The position numbers were made by a program, and so were the translations under genes. Below the pieces are notes generated by a model. That model saw nothing but the letters and a program-made list of their open reading frames with translations, was not told where the DNA came from and made no database searches. Positions 19,805-30,136 of a stretch of DNA of 64,000 bases are shown piece by piece. How positions within the stretch are numbered: position 1 is the first letter of the stretch; each line of letters opens with the position of its first letter. Source of the stretch: an uncultured Ruminiclostridium sp. (GTDB lineage: Bacteria > Bacillota > Clostridia > Oscillospirales > Ruminococcaceae); the NCBI GenBank assembly GCA_949878745.1, contig CATLBH010000007.1, positions 276 through 64,275 of the forward strand. The letters are read 5' to 3'.

Positions 19805-20938
19805 TTATTCTTCCGCCTTGGTATTCCTGCCCACAAAAAACGAAAGCGCGCCGCCCGCCAAAAGGGCGATCAGTCCTATAAAGGTGTCGGTATTCAAGCC
19901 GAAGCCCTCGGGAAGAATGGCGTACAGCGAGCCGGCGCAAAGCCCCAATATCGCGCTGAACACTATAAGACGATGTTTTTTCAGAAGCAGTCTTATAAGC
20001 TTCGCTCCGAATATCAGCCCCAAAAGCACGCCTATGGCGGTCGGGATCAGAATGGCAAAGTTGAATTCCTTTACCGCGTTTATTACCGTGGCGTAGGTGC
20101 CCAAAAGCACCATTATGAAGGAGCCGCTGACGCCCGGGATTATCATAGCCACCGCCGCGGCAAATGAAGCGAGTATTATTGTGGCAATAAACATGGGCGT
20201 TACGGCGTAGCTGTATTTCGGGGTCAGTATAAACGCGCTTTCCGTCGAGCGAAGCTTAAAGCTTACCGATTCGCCGGGCTTTATTTCGGAGTTTTCAAGT
20301 GGGGTAATTATTTCGTCGCCGGGTTTTCCGAAAAGCTTATCGGTAAAGCCTTTTTTTATATCCGCTTTAACGTTGCCTTCTTCCACGAACCAATCGGTTA
20401 CACCGCTTACATTGTCCATATCCCATTCGTGTTCGATCCACCACTCGGTGACGGTCTGGCCGCCGTTATTGGTAAAAGTTACTTCGTAAACATAGGGGTC
20501 GGCCGTTTCCTTTACCGTTACGGGGGCGGGATCGGCCGAGTTGTTTTCAAGCACCGCCAGCCCGATAACCAAGGCAAGTGCCCCCAAAAAAGGAACGGCG
20601 CAGATCGGCTTAAACTTTTCTTTAAGAGTGGCGTTTCTGATTATAAGCGGTATGCTGCCCAAAATCAATCCGATAAAGAACATATAGGTTTCGGTGGGGA
20701 ATTTTTCAAAAAACCATGTTATAATATTAGAAAATCCCACTATTCCCAGGGCGGCGCCCACGGCGAAGAATAAAAGGAATTTTATATTTTTCTTTATCTC
20801 CTTAAAGTCCAGCGCCAGAGCGCCGCAGACCTTGTCATAACAGCCGAAGGCCACCAGCATGGTTCCCCCGCTCACTCCGGGTATGACGTTGGCCACGCCG
20901 AACACAGCGCCGTATAGTATTCCCAGAAGATTTTTCAT
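19805..20938 (-). CDS. DUF368 family membrane protein with an inserted extracellular domain; probable start MKNLLG
   Basis: Two repeats ANVIPGVSGGT and AMIIPGVSGSF; ~110 aa soluble insert between the halves. Confidence 0.85.
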   Translation of the reverse strand: MKNLLGILYGAVFGVANVIPGVSGGTMLVAFGCYDKVCGALALDFKEIKKNIKFLLFFAVGAALGIVGFSNIITWFFEKFPTETYMFFIGLILGSIPLIIRNATLKEKFKPICAVPFLGALALVIGLAVLENNSADPAPVTVKETADPYVYEVTFTNNGGQTVTEWWIEHEWDMDNVSGVTDWFVEEGNVKADIKKGFTDKLFGKPGDEIITPLENSEIKPGESVSFKLRSTESAFILTPKYSYAVTPMFIATIILASFAAAVAMIIPGVSGSFIMVLLGTYATVINAVKEFNFAILIPTAIGVLLGLIFGAKLIRLLLKKHRLIVFSAILGLCAGSLYAILPEGFGLNTDTFIGLIALLAGGALSFFVGRNTKAEE

Positions 20939-20987
20939 TAAAATTTTTCCTTTCGTTTTTGTTCTTTTATTTTCTATCTTTATGCGG

Positions 20988-21815
20988 TTAAGCTTTATAT
21001 AATGTAACTGAAACCAGTTCAAAGCAATTGTTGAGTCTCGGTATTATCACCTGATTGCCCAAACCCCGGGTTACCGTCATTTTCGTGCTTTTTCTGGTGA
21101 AAACGCCTTCGGTATAGCGGGGGAACAAGCCCTGACCGGGGGAAAACACGCCTTGATGAGTGAAAGGAATTCGGAACTGACCCCCGTGGGCGTGCCCCGA
21201 AAAAACCAGGGAAACGCCGCAGTCGGAATAAAGCTTGAACCGTTCCGGACGATGAGCCAGCAGTAAGGTAAAGGCTTCGTTTTCGGCAAGGGTTTTCAGC
21301 GCCCGCCGCTGGTCTTCCTCTCCGCCGCAAAGATCGGAAAGCCCGATCACCGCGATTTTTTCACCGTCTTTTTCCAAATAGTTTTTTTCGTCGTCCAAGA
21401 CCTTTACGCCGCAACGGATTAGAGCGGGTTTTATTTCGCTTAAATACCTGCCAGTTCTTATCTCGTGATTTCCGTTGGCATAATAGCAGGGAGCTATTTT
21501 CACCGCGCCCTTTACCAGATTTATGGCGTTTTCGGTTTGGTCGGAATCGATAAGATCCCCCGTTATAACTATGATGTGGGGTTTTTCGGCTTTTATGGCG
21601 TTGAGCAGCTTTTCCTGTTTTTCGCCGAAAACGTTGTTATGAAGATCGGAAAGCTGTACTATTCTTAAGCCGTTAAATGGGGCGGGAAGATTTTTATGGG
21701 ATATGACGTAACGAACGGTTTCAAAGCGCAGATTATCGTATATCACAAGAGGGGTTAGAATTCCCGCCGCTACGGCAAAAGCCGTTATAAGGGGTAAGAA
21801 TTTGTATTTTGGCAT
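20988..21815 (-). CDS. Metallophosphoesterase (YkuE-like)
   Basis: SDLH, TGDLID, GNHE, LAHRP, GHAHGGQ. Confidence 0.9.
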   Translation of the reverse strand: MPKYKFLPLITAFAVAAGILTPLVIYDNLRFETVRYVISHKNLPAPFNGLRIVQLSDLHNNVFGEKQEKLLNAIKAEKPHIIVITGDLIDSDQTENAINLVKGAVKIAPCYYANGNHEIRTGRYLSEIKPALIRCGVKVLDDEKNYLEKDGEKIAVIGLSDLCGGEEDQRRALKTLAENEAFTLLLAHRPERFKLYSDCGVSLVFSGHAHGGQFRIPFTHQGVFSPGQGLFPRYTEGVFTRKSTKMTVTRGLGNQVIIPRLNNCFELVSVTLYKA

Positions 21816-21910
21816 ATTTCGTTTAGGTTCCCTTTTTGATTTTTAAATTTTGTTCGGGAAAGGGTATGACATCGGAATAAGCGAAAACTTGAAAAAATTT
21901 TTGAAGCGGC

Positions 21911-24364
21911 TTATTTTACCGAATTGAATTTTTTTACGAATTCCGCCCAGAAGGTGAAAATCAGGGTGATTATCAGCGCGATGAAAAGCACCACCACGTT
22001 TGGAGCCGCAAAGCCAAAGGCGCTGTTAAGATAAGGCACATATATTATAACCAGGGAGCAGAGAAAAATTATTCCCGCCTGAAAGGCCCCCGAAAACCCA
22101 TGTTTTTCCTTGACGGAAGCAAAAAAGGTGTTTTTTCGGGAGGAAAGAGTAAAGCCCTCCAGCATAATCCCCGTGGTCATCATCATAAGAAAGAGAGAAC
22201 GGTGCACCTCCGTTTCAAGATTTAAGGTAAACAGATAAAACAGCACCATTGCCATGGCCAGAGTCGCCCCGAGAATAAGCGCCTTGGGGTAAAAGGTGCT
22301 GTTCACAACGCCCTTTCCGATAAAGCCGCTGGCGGTGAAGTCCGCTTTTATGTCAAAGGTGTTTCCCATAAACATTGACGCGGCCATGGGGAAGATCACC
22401 GCCGACAATAACACCGAGAAAACGGGAGAAAAGACAGCCGTCCCCCCCGCCGCCATTACCGCCGCCGCGAAGAGCGCCAAAGCGAAATGAGCCGCCAGAA
22501 GAAGGGCGAGCGCGCTTTTCAGATTTCTGTGTATCTGCCGGCTTTCCTTTACCGCCTCGGCGATGGCAAGCAGATTGTCGTCGCTCATCAGCATATCGCA
22601 ACTTTCCGCCGCAGAGGGTGAAGCGGTGCTGTGAACGGAAATACCCACATTCGATTCTTCGAGTATTGCCGTATCGTCGGTTTCGGTTCCCACCACCGCC
22701 ACTATTTCGCCCTTCGATTTAAGTAGGTTAACCACTTTAATCCGCTGTTCGGGCGTAACCTTGGCGAAAATTCCCACGTCCTCGATATCGGGGGCAAAAT
22801 CAAGCTCGGAGCCTAGAACGGTTTTGGTGCTCTGAAGCCCAATCTGTTTTCCTATGGCGGCCGCGGTTTCTTTCCCGTCACCGGTAAGCATTATTACTCT
22901 TACTCCCGATTTAACGCAGGATTTCACCGCATAGGGGACGGTATCGCGGGTGGTGTTTTCCAACGCGATGAGTCCTATATATTCATACCTGGCTTCGGAC
23001 AGCTTTTCGGGCGCCTCCTGTCCTTCGGGGAGCACCGTAAAGGCCGCCGCCAGCACCTGGTGCCCCTGTTTGGCGAAGGCCTGTCTTTTCTGCTGAATAT
23101 AGTGAAGCTCGTTGGGGTCAACGGTACATAAAGCCAATATTTCCTCGGGGCTGCCTTTGATGCAGAGCAGTCTTTGACCGTTTATGCGCCAAAGGTTGCC
23201 CGCCATTTTGTTGCTTTCGGAAAAAGCATAAGAGGCTTCCCGTTCGTTTTCAAAAAGCGCCTTTATATCCGTTCCGCTGAAGGTGGAATATAAAAGTATC
23301 GCTTTTTCGGCGGGAACGGTGGGCGCGGGGTCGCAGGCCAGAACGCAGACGTTGTTGAAAAGCTTTCGCTCGTCGGTGAAAATATCCGCCACTTCCATAT
23401 GGTTTTTGGTAATGGTGCCCGATTTTTCCACCAGAACGCAGGTTATGGCGCTTAGCTCCTCCATAGCGGCTATATTTTTTACAAGAGCGTGTCTGCGGTT
23501 AAGCCGTCCCGCTCCGTTGAGATAAAACAGCCGCACAAGCTTATCCGCCTGAGAGGGAATAAAGCACATTCCCACGGATATGGCGGGCAAAGCGATTTTC
23601 ACAAGCACGTCGGTAAGGGTTTTTAATTCCTCCGCCCTCAAAAAGCAGAGAAGCGCCGCCACCGCCGTTTCAAGAAGACCCATTATCAGGATCACGGATA
23701 CGGGAAGCTTGATTTTATTTTCAAAACGCGATGCGGTGCGGGTTTCCTCCCGTTTTACCGCGGCGTCCTCGCCTGTGGCGAATACCCTTGCCACAAGGCT
23801 GCCCGTCATAATTATCGTGTTTTTGTAGATACAGGTGGATTTGGGGAGAGTGCGACTGCTGTCCGCTCCTATTTTCTTTGTAACGGGGGTGGGGTCGCCG
23901 GTGAAAACGGCTTCGTTTACCGTCAGATCCTCCGATTCGAGAAGGTGAGCGTCGGCGGGAACCCTTTCTCCCCCCTGAAGCACTATTATGTCGTCTGGCA
24001 CAAGGAATTCTTTTCGCACCAGGGTCAGTTCCCCGTTTCGTACCGCGCGGAATTTCATACCGCCTAATTTTTTCAGGGTGGTTTCCTTTTCGTAAAGCTT
24101 CATCTGCCATATAACATCACCGACGGTGAGCATAACGGTAAGCAGAAGCATAACAGCTCCCATAACGTACTGCTTCGCCAGAAACAGCAGCGCCACCGAG
24201 ATGATCCATACAAAGAAGCGGGGACAAAGCATGGCTTTTTTAAGGCTGTAGGAGCCTGAGTCCGCGCCGGAATCCTCGTTGCAGCCGTACATCGAAAGCC
24301 GCTTTTCTGCTTCCTCGGAAGTAAGGCCTTTATATTCGGATTTAAAATTCAGGATTTGTGACAT
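21911..24364 (-). CDS. P-type ATPase homologue with degenerate catalytic motifs; probable start MSQ at 24364
   Basis: Fold landmarks VPDDIIVLQGGERVPADAHL, IKGSPE, MLTGD, FAKVTPEQR; DKTGT appears as EKSGT. Confidence 0.8.
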   Translation of the reverse strand: MSQILNFKSEYKGLTSEEAEKRLSMYGCNEDSGADSGSYSLKKAMLCPRFFVWIISVALLFLAKQYVMGAVMLLLTVMLTVGDVIWQMKLYEKETTLKKLGGMKFRAVRNGELTLVRKEFLVPDDIIVLQGGERVPADAHLLESEDLTVNEAVFTGDPTPVTKKIGADSSRTLPKSTCIYKNTIIMTGSLVARVFATGEDAAVKREETRTASRFENKIKLPVSVILIMGLLETAVAALLCFLRAEELKTLTDVLVKIALPAISVGMCFIPSQADKLVRLFYLNGAGRLNRRHALVKNIAAMEELSAITCVLVEKSGTITKNHMEVADIFTDERKLFNNVCVLACDPAPTVPAEKAILLYSTFSGTDIKALFENEREASYAFSESNKMAGNLWRINGQRLLCIKGSPEEILALCTVDPNELHYIQQKRQAFAKQGHQVLAAAFTVLPEGQEAPEKLSEARYEYIGLIALENTTRDTVPYAVKSCVKSGVRVIMLTGDGKETAAAIGKQIGLQSTKTVLGSELDFAPDIEDVGIFAKVTPEQRIKVVNLLKSKGEIVAVVGTETDDTAILEESNVGISVHSTASPSAAESCDMLMSDDNLLAIAEAVKESRQIHRNLKSALALLLAAHFALALFAAAVMAAGGTAVFSPVFSVLLSAVIFPMAASMFMGNTFDIKADFTASGFIGKGVVNSTFYPKALILGATLAMAMVLFYLFTLNLETEVHRSLFLMMMTTGIMLEGFTLSSRKNTFFASVKEKHGFSGAFQAGIIFLCSLVIIYVPYLNSAFGFAAPNVVVLFIALIITLIFTFWAEFVKKFNSVK

Positions 24365-24597
24365 TTTATGTACCTTTCCGTAAGCCGGCGCGGATTGACC
24401 CATTCAATCGTGTTTTTGCGGCGCGTCGGAGCCGAAGAGTATTTTTTCAGTTTTTCTTTATTTATTATATAATAATGGTATAGCGCGTTGGATATATCTC
24501 TTTATATTATTGCACATTTTGGAAAAAAAATCAAGGGGAAAGTTGTAATTTTTGAAATACCGCCTCGGAAAGGCAGCCGCTCCTCGAAAATACGCAA

Positions 24598-24664
24598 ATT
24601 TGACCGGGTTATCCGCGAAAATCGATTTTCATAGAAAATCGGATAATCGCCAACCCGGTCAAAT
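24598..24664. repeat. Long intergenic hairpin (terminator or REP-like)
   Basis: 13-bp IR atttgaccgggtt / aacccggtcaaat with inner atccg/cggat pair and gaaaatcgattttc palindrome. Confidence 0.6.
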
Positions 24665-24707
24665 CAACAGTTATAAACAATATTATGTTAAAAAATGTTA
24701 AATGTTC

Positions 24708-25289
24708 TTATGTCCGAAACCTCATATCACATCTGCTCTCCACATCAAGCTCGGAGAAATACTTTTCCTCCATGGGAATCCACTTTTCCTTAAACACCTC
24801 GGCCTTTTCCGGCCCGTTCCTTTTGATGATCCGCTTAATCTGCTCTTCCTTTTCAACGGAAAGAAAAACCCGCAGGTCGTAATACCCCCAAAGTTCCGGA
24901 TGACAGCTGTAGGAGCCTTCGATAACGCAGGTACCGCTTATTTCGACCGTTATGGGGGCAAGAAGACTCATGCTCCCACAGTCAAAGGGACGATAACTCA
25001 CCTTTTCCGCTCCGCGTCTTAGAGGTTTCAGCACCTCTTCTTCGAAGCGCTCATAATCGATATTTCCACCCGCCGAAAGAAGTCTTTCACGGGTTCGCTG
25101 TTCCGGTCTCAGAAAAAAATCGTCCGTATGAAAAACGGGGCACCCGAGATTGTTTTGCAAGACAGCGCCGAGGGAGGTCTTTCCCGAAGCGCATCTCCCC
25201 TCCACCGCAATAAGCGAGGACTTTCCCCGAAGCCCTTCGGTCGCTCCCGATACCAAAGCCGCAATGTTTTCCAAAGACGTTTTTTTCAC
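24708..25289 (-). CDS. Uridine kinase-like P-loop kinase
   Basis: IAVEGRCASGKT, FHTDDFFL, VIEGSYS. Confidence 0.8.
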   Translation of the reverse strand: MKKTSLENIAALVSGATEGLRGKSSLIAVEGRCASGKTSLGAVLQNNLGCPVFHTDDFFLRPEQRTRERLLSAGGNIDYERFEEEVLKPLRRGAEKVSYRPFDCGSMSLLAPITVEISGTCVIEGSYSCHPELWGYYDLRVFLSVEKEEQIKRIIKRNGPEKAEVFKEKWIPMEEKYFSELDVESRCDMRFRT

Positions 25290-25864
25290 TCCCTGCGCTC
25301 CTTCGCCGTTTTTTTAAAGGGTATTAGTCCCGTTTTGTTAAGGGCGATCATTATCGCGGGGATAAAAACAAGCTGAAGTACTATTCCGGGAATTGCGTTA
25401 AGAAAAGCTCCCGCAAGGAATATTTGAAAAGTGAAGCTTTTTCCTCCAAAGCCCAGTAGAATCATCTGTGCAACGCCCCATACCGCTCTTCCGCATATCA
25501 TGGCGATAAGCAGGGAGCGGTAAAGAGAAAGTACGCAGTGCCATTTCGAGCGATTGTAAAGAAGTCCCGCAATAAGCCCATACGTCATAAGCTCTAGCGC
25601 CATTGTACAGGCGTTGGGATATATGGGCGGCGCTCCGAACAGAAAAGATCGGAAAAGGGGAAGAACAAAGCCCACCGCCGCCCCGTACGGCCAGCCGCAG
25701 ATAAATCCGCACAGAAAAACGGGTATATGCATGGGAAGCAGCATATTTCCGATTGCGGGAATCTGTCCGGTAAAAAAAGGGAGAACTATTCCCACGGCCA
25801 AAAACACCGCAGAAAGGGTAAGGTTTATTATTGATTTTTTCAATTGGCTTCCTCTCCTTAACAA
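25286..25864 (-). CDS. ECF transporter S component
   Basis: LLPMHIPVFLCG..GWPYG, MALELMTYG, PGIVLQL; hydrophobic. Confidence 0.85.
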   Translation of the reverse strand: MLRRGSQLKKSIINLTLSAVFLAVGIVLPFFTGQIPAIGNMLLPMHIPVFLCGFICGWPYGAAVGFVLPLFRSFLFGAPPIYPNACTMALELMTYGLIAGLLYNRSKWHCVLSLYRSLLIAMICGRAVWGVAQMILLGFGGKSFTFQIFLAGAFLNAIPGIVLQLVFIPAIMIALNKTGLIPFKKTAKERRE

Positions 25865-25941
25865 TCCGTCTTATACTATAGACAAAGTGAAATTTGAAAT
25901 AATTTGCAAATAGTGATTTGTGTGCGATTATTAAGCTTTTT

Positions 25942-26817
25942 TCAATCAAGCGATATCAGCTGATACTCCCGACTTCCAAGACCGATTTTTTCCGCGTGCT
26001 CGAGTGTATGAAGCCCGTTTCTGGACTCTATTCTTCCAATAAGCGACTTCCCGTCGGGCGCGGAATAAACCAAGTCGATACAGGCCTGATCCAAAGCGAG
26101 AGGATCGGTGGAAGCCAGAACGCCTATATCCTTCATATCAGGCTCGGCGGGGTGACCGTCGCAGTCACAGTCCACCGAAAGCCTGTTCATAACGTTAACG
26201 TAAACGATTCTGTCCCCCAAGTAATCGGCGACGGATTTTCCCGCTTCCGCCATTGCTTCCAGAAAGGCGTCTTGTTCCCCGTTAAAGAAATCGGCGCGGC
26301 CGGTGCCGCCGCTGTGAATCCAGGCCTTTCCCTTGCCCGAACCGAGTCCTATGGAAATATTCTTGATGGCTCCGCCGAAGCCCGCCATAACGTGCCCTTT
26401 GAAATGCGAAAGAATAAGATAGGAATCATAATCGGGGAAATGCGTCCCCACATAGTTTTCCTTAAGCCTTATTCCGCCCGTTACGGGAAGGGTCATGGAA
26501 CCGTCCTCGTCCTGTATCTGAAAATCCGCTATTTCGGTAAAGCCATGTTCTTTCGCCACCCGATAGTGATCCTCGGTTCTTATTCTGTCTCCCTCATATG
26601 CGGTGTTGCATTCCACGATTGTTCCACTCACAAGCTGTACCAAATCCTTGATAAGCGCGGGGCGGAGGTAGTTGCTGGCGGGAGGCTCTCCCGTGGATAG
26701 CTTTACCGCCGTTTTTCCGAAGCACTTTCTTTCAAGGGCGTTATAAACCGCCGTCAAACCTTCGGGGGTTATGCTTTTTGTCATATAGACCGTTGATTTT
26801 GCGCCGTTGGATTCCAT
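25942..26817 (-). CDS. DUF362 family (Fe-S-associated) protein; probable start MESN
   Basis: VKLSTGE, VECNTAY, SHFKGHVMAGFGGAIKNISIG, DCDCD, DPLALDQAC. Confidence 0.82.
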   Translation of the reverse strand: MESNGAKSTVYMTKSITPEGLTAVYNALERKCFGKTAVKLSTGEPPASNYLRPALIKDLVQLVSGTIVECNTAYEGDRIRTEDHYRVAKEHGFTEIADFQIQDEDGSMTLPVTGGIRLKENYVGTHFPDYDSYLILSHFKGHVMAGFGGAIKNISIGLGSGKGKAWIHSGGTGRADFFNGEQDAFLEAMAEAGKSVADYLGDRIVYVNVMNRLSVDCDCDGHPAEPDMKDIGVLASTDPLALDQACIDLVYSAPDGKSLIGRIESRNGLHTLEHAEKIGLGSREYQLISLD

Positions 26818-27052
26818 ATACGTATTCCGCCTTTCTTTTGGTTTTCGTAATTTACATAAATATAGCATAATAAGGTTTTGATGTCAAGTGAAAATAAAGT
26901 GAAAGGAAAATTTTTATTTTTTATTTTTTTCGCCAAAACTCTTTTTTTTTTCTTATTTTTATGTTATTATATTATTGGTTGTCCAAAAAACCGAAATTCA
27001 GCCGAAAATTTTAAATCGCTGTAATACATACAAAAAAGGAGGACCCGCCGAA

Positions 27053-27511
27053 ATGTCCGATACATATAAAAACGCTCAGGAAGGGGATATTGACGCTTTT
27101 GCGGAAATCTACTCCAAAATATATACAAGACTGTACTATCTTGCCTATCACTCCTTAGCCAACCGCGAGGAAGCCGTACAAGCCGTTAAGTCCGCCGCAG
27201 GCGAGGCCTATTCTTTAATACGTGGCTGCGGCACGGAAGAAGAGTTTAACGGTCTTCTTCTTAAAAAACTTTGCGAGCAAATTATAAGGTATTATCGGGA
27301 GTACAGAAAAAGGCAGCCGGAATACGAAACAAATCCCACCTATATAAAATCGATAATGCGGAAGCTTACGGACGCGGAAAGGTTTTCCGTCGCCGTATGG
27401 GCAATTTTCGGATTTAGCCCTCATGAAATCTCGATGTTTTCCGGCCTTTCCGAAACGGTTGTGACCGCCAAGCTGCGTTCTGCGGGTCAGAAGCTTGAGG
27501 CAATGCTATAA
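27053..27511 (+). CDS. Short ECF-type RNA polymerase sigma factor; probable start MSDT
   Basis: Region 2-like FAEIYSKIYTRLYYLAY..ANREEA..AV; region 4-like GFSPHEIS..GLSETVV..KL; GGAGG RBS. Confidence 0.7.
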   Translation: MSDTYKNAQEGDIDAFAEIYSKIYTRLYYLAYHSLANREEAVQAVKSAAGEAYSLIRGCGTEEEFNGLLLKKLCEQIIRYYREYRKRQPEYETNPTYIKSIMRKLTDAERFSVAVWAIFGFSPHEISMFSGLSETVVTAKLRSAGQKLEAML

Positions 27512-27564
27512 AAACATTCCGTGCATATATTTACTTATTTGCTTATAATTGATCAGGAGAATTT

Positions 27565-30096
27565 ATGGATATAAGAAACATTTTAAACGGATATTTTGAA
27601 AAAACGCCCGTTCCCGACGAACTGTATCCAAGGAACGTACGTAAATTCGTGGTGCCCAATCTTGCCGAAAAAAAAGAAGCCCGAACCGAGGAAAGCGGGG
27701 AACCGGACATTCGCAGCAACAGCGTAGGCGGCGAAAACGCCTCTTATACGGAGGCGCGTTCTTCCCGTCCAGTTTCTTACGAAAAAGCGCCCTCTCAAAA
27801 TACCGAGGAACCATATCGGGAGGTTATAGGTCCCTCGGCGTTTATAAAAATAGTGAGATATCATCGCTTAACAGGCAAGGAATTTCTAAGCCTTTTAGGC
27901 AATTCCAAAATCAGCAATAAAGCCTATCAGGAAATAGAAAGCAATCCCAATCTTACGGTAAAACGATTGATAGAGCTGCTTGAAGAATCCCCCCTTACCT
28001 CCGCCGATTACGAAAAGCTCATTATCGCGGTGCAAAGAATGGCGCAGCTCAAGGCGGAAACCAAGGCTAAGATAAAAGCCGAGCCCAGACGCACGGAAAA
28101 GGTTTCGGAAAAGGTAGGCCACAGCGAAACGCCTTCTGAAGCGGAAAAGACAGTGCCCCCAAAATCATCGAAGGAGACCGATACGGGCTTTTCTTCGGAG
28201 CGGGCACAGAAGGGCTATGTTCCCGTGGCGGTGGACATCCCTTCTGAGGAAAACGGGGATAAGGACGAATACGAAGAGGACGGGGACGGAAGCGGCGAAC
28301 AGGAGGAAAAAGACGACAGGCTCGCTTCGGCGAAATCAAGAATACAGATAAATTTCGGCGACTTCAATTACGAAGACGACGATGAAGAGGATTACGATGA
28401 GGACGGCGAGGACGGACGCGGCAAAAGCTCCAATAACGGAAAAATCACCGCCGCGGCAATAGGAGCGGCGGTTCTTATAGGAATAAGCTTCGGGCTAAGG
28501 TATAAGCTTACCGGTTCATGGCTCCCGTCGGACAGCGTTGTAAAAGAAGAACCCGCGCCGGACGAAACGGGAATTTACAGCGCTCTCAGCTCCCTTCCCG
28601 CCCCCGCTCCCGCCTTCACAGCCAATAACTTATATTCCGCCGGAGGCATGAGAGAAGAAAGCATCGTAAAAGACCCCGTCTGCGGCAGCAAACGGCTGCT
28701 TTACACGGAAAACAACAAGCTGTATATTTATGAACAGATAGGCGGTCAGGTGATACGTCTTGAAACGAGAGACTATAACGAAAACACGCTTTTGGGAATA
28801 ATCGGCGCGGGAGACAAAACGGCGGCAATAAGCACAGGCGTTTCCGAGCCTTATTCTTATACCTATACCGTAACCGAGAAAGACGGAACGGAAACGGTTA
28901 TGACGGGCTCCGTCAAGAGAAAGGAAACCTATCTTGAAATAACCGACGCGTCTTCACCGGAGAAGGTCGCCGCCGAAAACAAGCTCACCCTTTCGGGCAC
29001 GCTTGCCGCCGCTTATTTGCTAGATGGCCGCCTTATCATAGTTACCTATGAGGAAATGGAACAGGACAGCGTCCCGGAGGACAAGGCCACTTTTATGCCT
29101 TACCTTTCGAGAGCGGGAGAAAAAAACTTCTGCTCTCCCGACAATGTGTTTATGTCCTCCCCAACCCACAGAGGCTTCGCCGCCGTTTTCTCGGTTAACC
29201 TCGGAGATACGGAAGTATTTGACATTGCCGCTTCGGCGGGAGGAACGAAACAGCTTATTTCAAAAAACGGATACGAATTGTTTATAGGACAGGGGAGCGA
29301 TCTTATCCGATACGATCTCACGGAGGGCGTCAAAGAGAACGGCTCCTGTGAGATTTCGGGAAAAATAAGCGATTTTTCAGCGATAAGCGTTGACGGGGGT
29401 GAAATAAGAGTCACCTCCTCCGAGGGCGACGCCGCCACTCTTACCGTATTGGACGGGGAATTCGGACTTATCGGTGAAATAAAGAATATCGGCGTGGGCG
29501 AAAGCCTGGCGGGAACCTGTTTTTACGGACAAGAGACCTATATCGTGACCGAAAACGGCGCATGTTACGGAATCGACGGCGAAAACGGCGTAATGTCCGA
29601 AAGTAGCGCCAAGATCACAAACGAGACCATTTATAAATTCAACGACAGCATAGGCATAAAGGTATCCGCCGCCGACAACGGAAGCAAGAGAACCGCTCTT
29701 ATCGTCTCCACGGTAAAGCTCGACGGAAACCTCACCCCTATTTATAATCTGGAGATAAGCTCAAAGACCACGGCGGTGAACGCCCTTGACGAATACCTTT
29801 CAAGCCCCGCCGAGCATAATATACGCGCTATAGGAAGCAACGCGGAAAACGGAACATTGGTTATACCCGTGGAATATTTCGACGGAGTGTCTGAGGTGGA
29901 GCTGTTTGTTATCTGTAGGGTAAACGAGGACGGAACTCTTTCCGTAAACGGAAAGATCATCGAATATGACAGACGGTCAGACAGCATTTTCGCCCAGGTG
30001 GACGGGGATACGGTTATAGCCGTCACAAAGGGGAAAATAATTACTGCCGGAGCGCAGGACGGGAATGTTATGGGATATTTTTTGACGGGAGAATAA
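27565..30096 (+). CDS. Membrane-anchored beta-propeller protein, candidate anti-sigma factor
   Basis: Cytoplasmic N-terminus with acidic linker, single TM (ITAAAIGAAVLIGISFGL), beta-rich C-terminus; directly downstream of the sigma gene. Confidence 0.55.
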   Translation: MDIRNILNGYFEKTPVPDELYPRNVRKFVVPNLAEKKEARTEESGEPDIRSNSVGGENASYTEARSSRPVSYEKAPSQNTEEPYREVIGPSAFIKIVRYHRLTGKEFLSLLGNSKISNKAYQEIESNPNLTVKRLIELLEESPLTSADYEKLIIAVQRMAQLKAETKAKIKAEPRRTEKVSEKVGHSETPSEAEKTVPPKSSKETDTGFSSERAQKGYVPVAVDIPSEENGDKDEYEEDGDGSGEQEEKDDRLASAKSRIQINFGDFNYEDDDEEDYDEDGEDGRGKSSNNGKITAAAIGAAVLIGISFGLRYKLTGSWLPSDSVVKEEPAPDETGIYSALSSLPAPAPAFTANNLYSAGGMREESIVKDPVCGSKRLLYTENNKLYIYEQIGGQVIRLETRDYNENTLLGIIGAGDKTAAISTGVSEPYSYTYTVTEKDGTETVMTGSVKRKETYLEITDASSPEKVAAENKLTLSGTLAAAYLLDGRLIIVTYEEMEQDSVPEDKATFMPYLSRAGEKNFCSPDNVFMSSPTHRGFAAVFSVNLGDTEVFDIAASAGGTKQLISKNGYELFIGQGSDLIRYDLTEGVKENGSCEISGKISDFSAISVDGGEIRVTSSEGDAATLTVLDGEFGLIGEIKNIGVGESLAGTCFYGQETYIVTENGACYGIDGENGVMSESSAKITNETIYKFNDSIGIKVSAADNGSKRTALIVSTVKLDGNLTPIYNLEISSKTTAVNALDEYLSSPAEHNIRAIGSNAENGTLVIPVEYFDGVSEVELFVICRVNEDGTLSVNGKIIEYDRRSDSIFAQVDGDTVIAVTKGKIITAGAQDGNVMGYFLTGE

Positions 30097-30136
30097 GAGC
30101 CTGTCCGCATTTTAAGCAAGTTGCCGTAAATACCGT

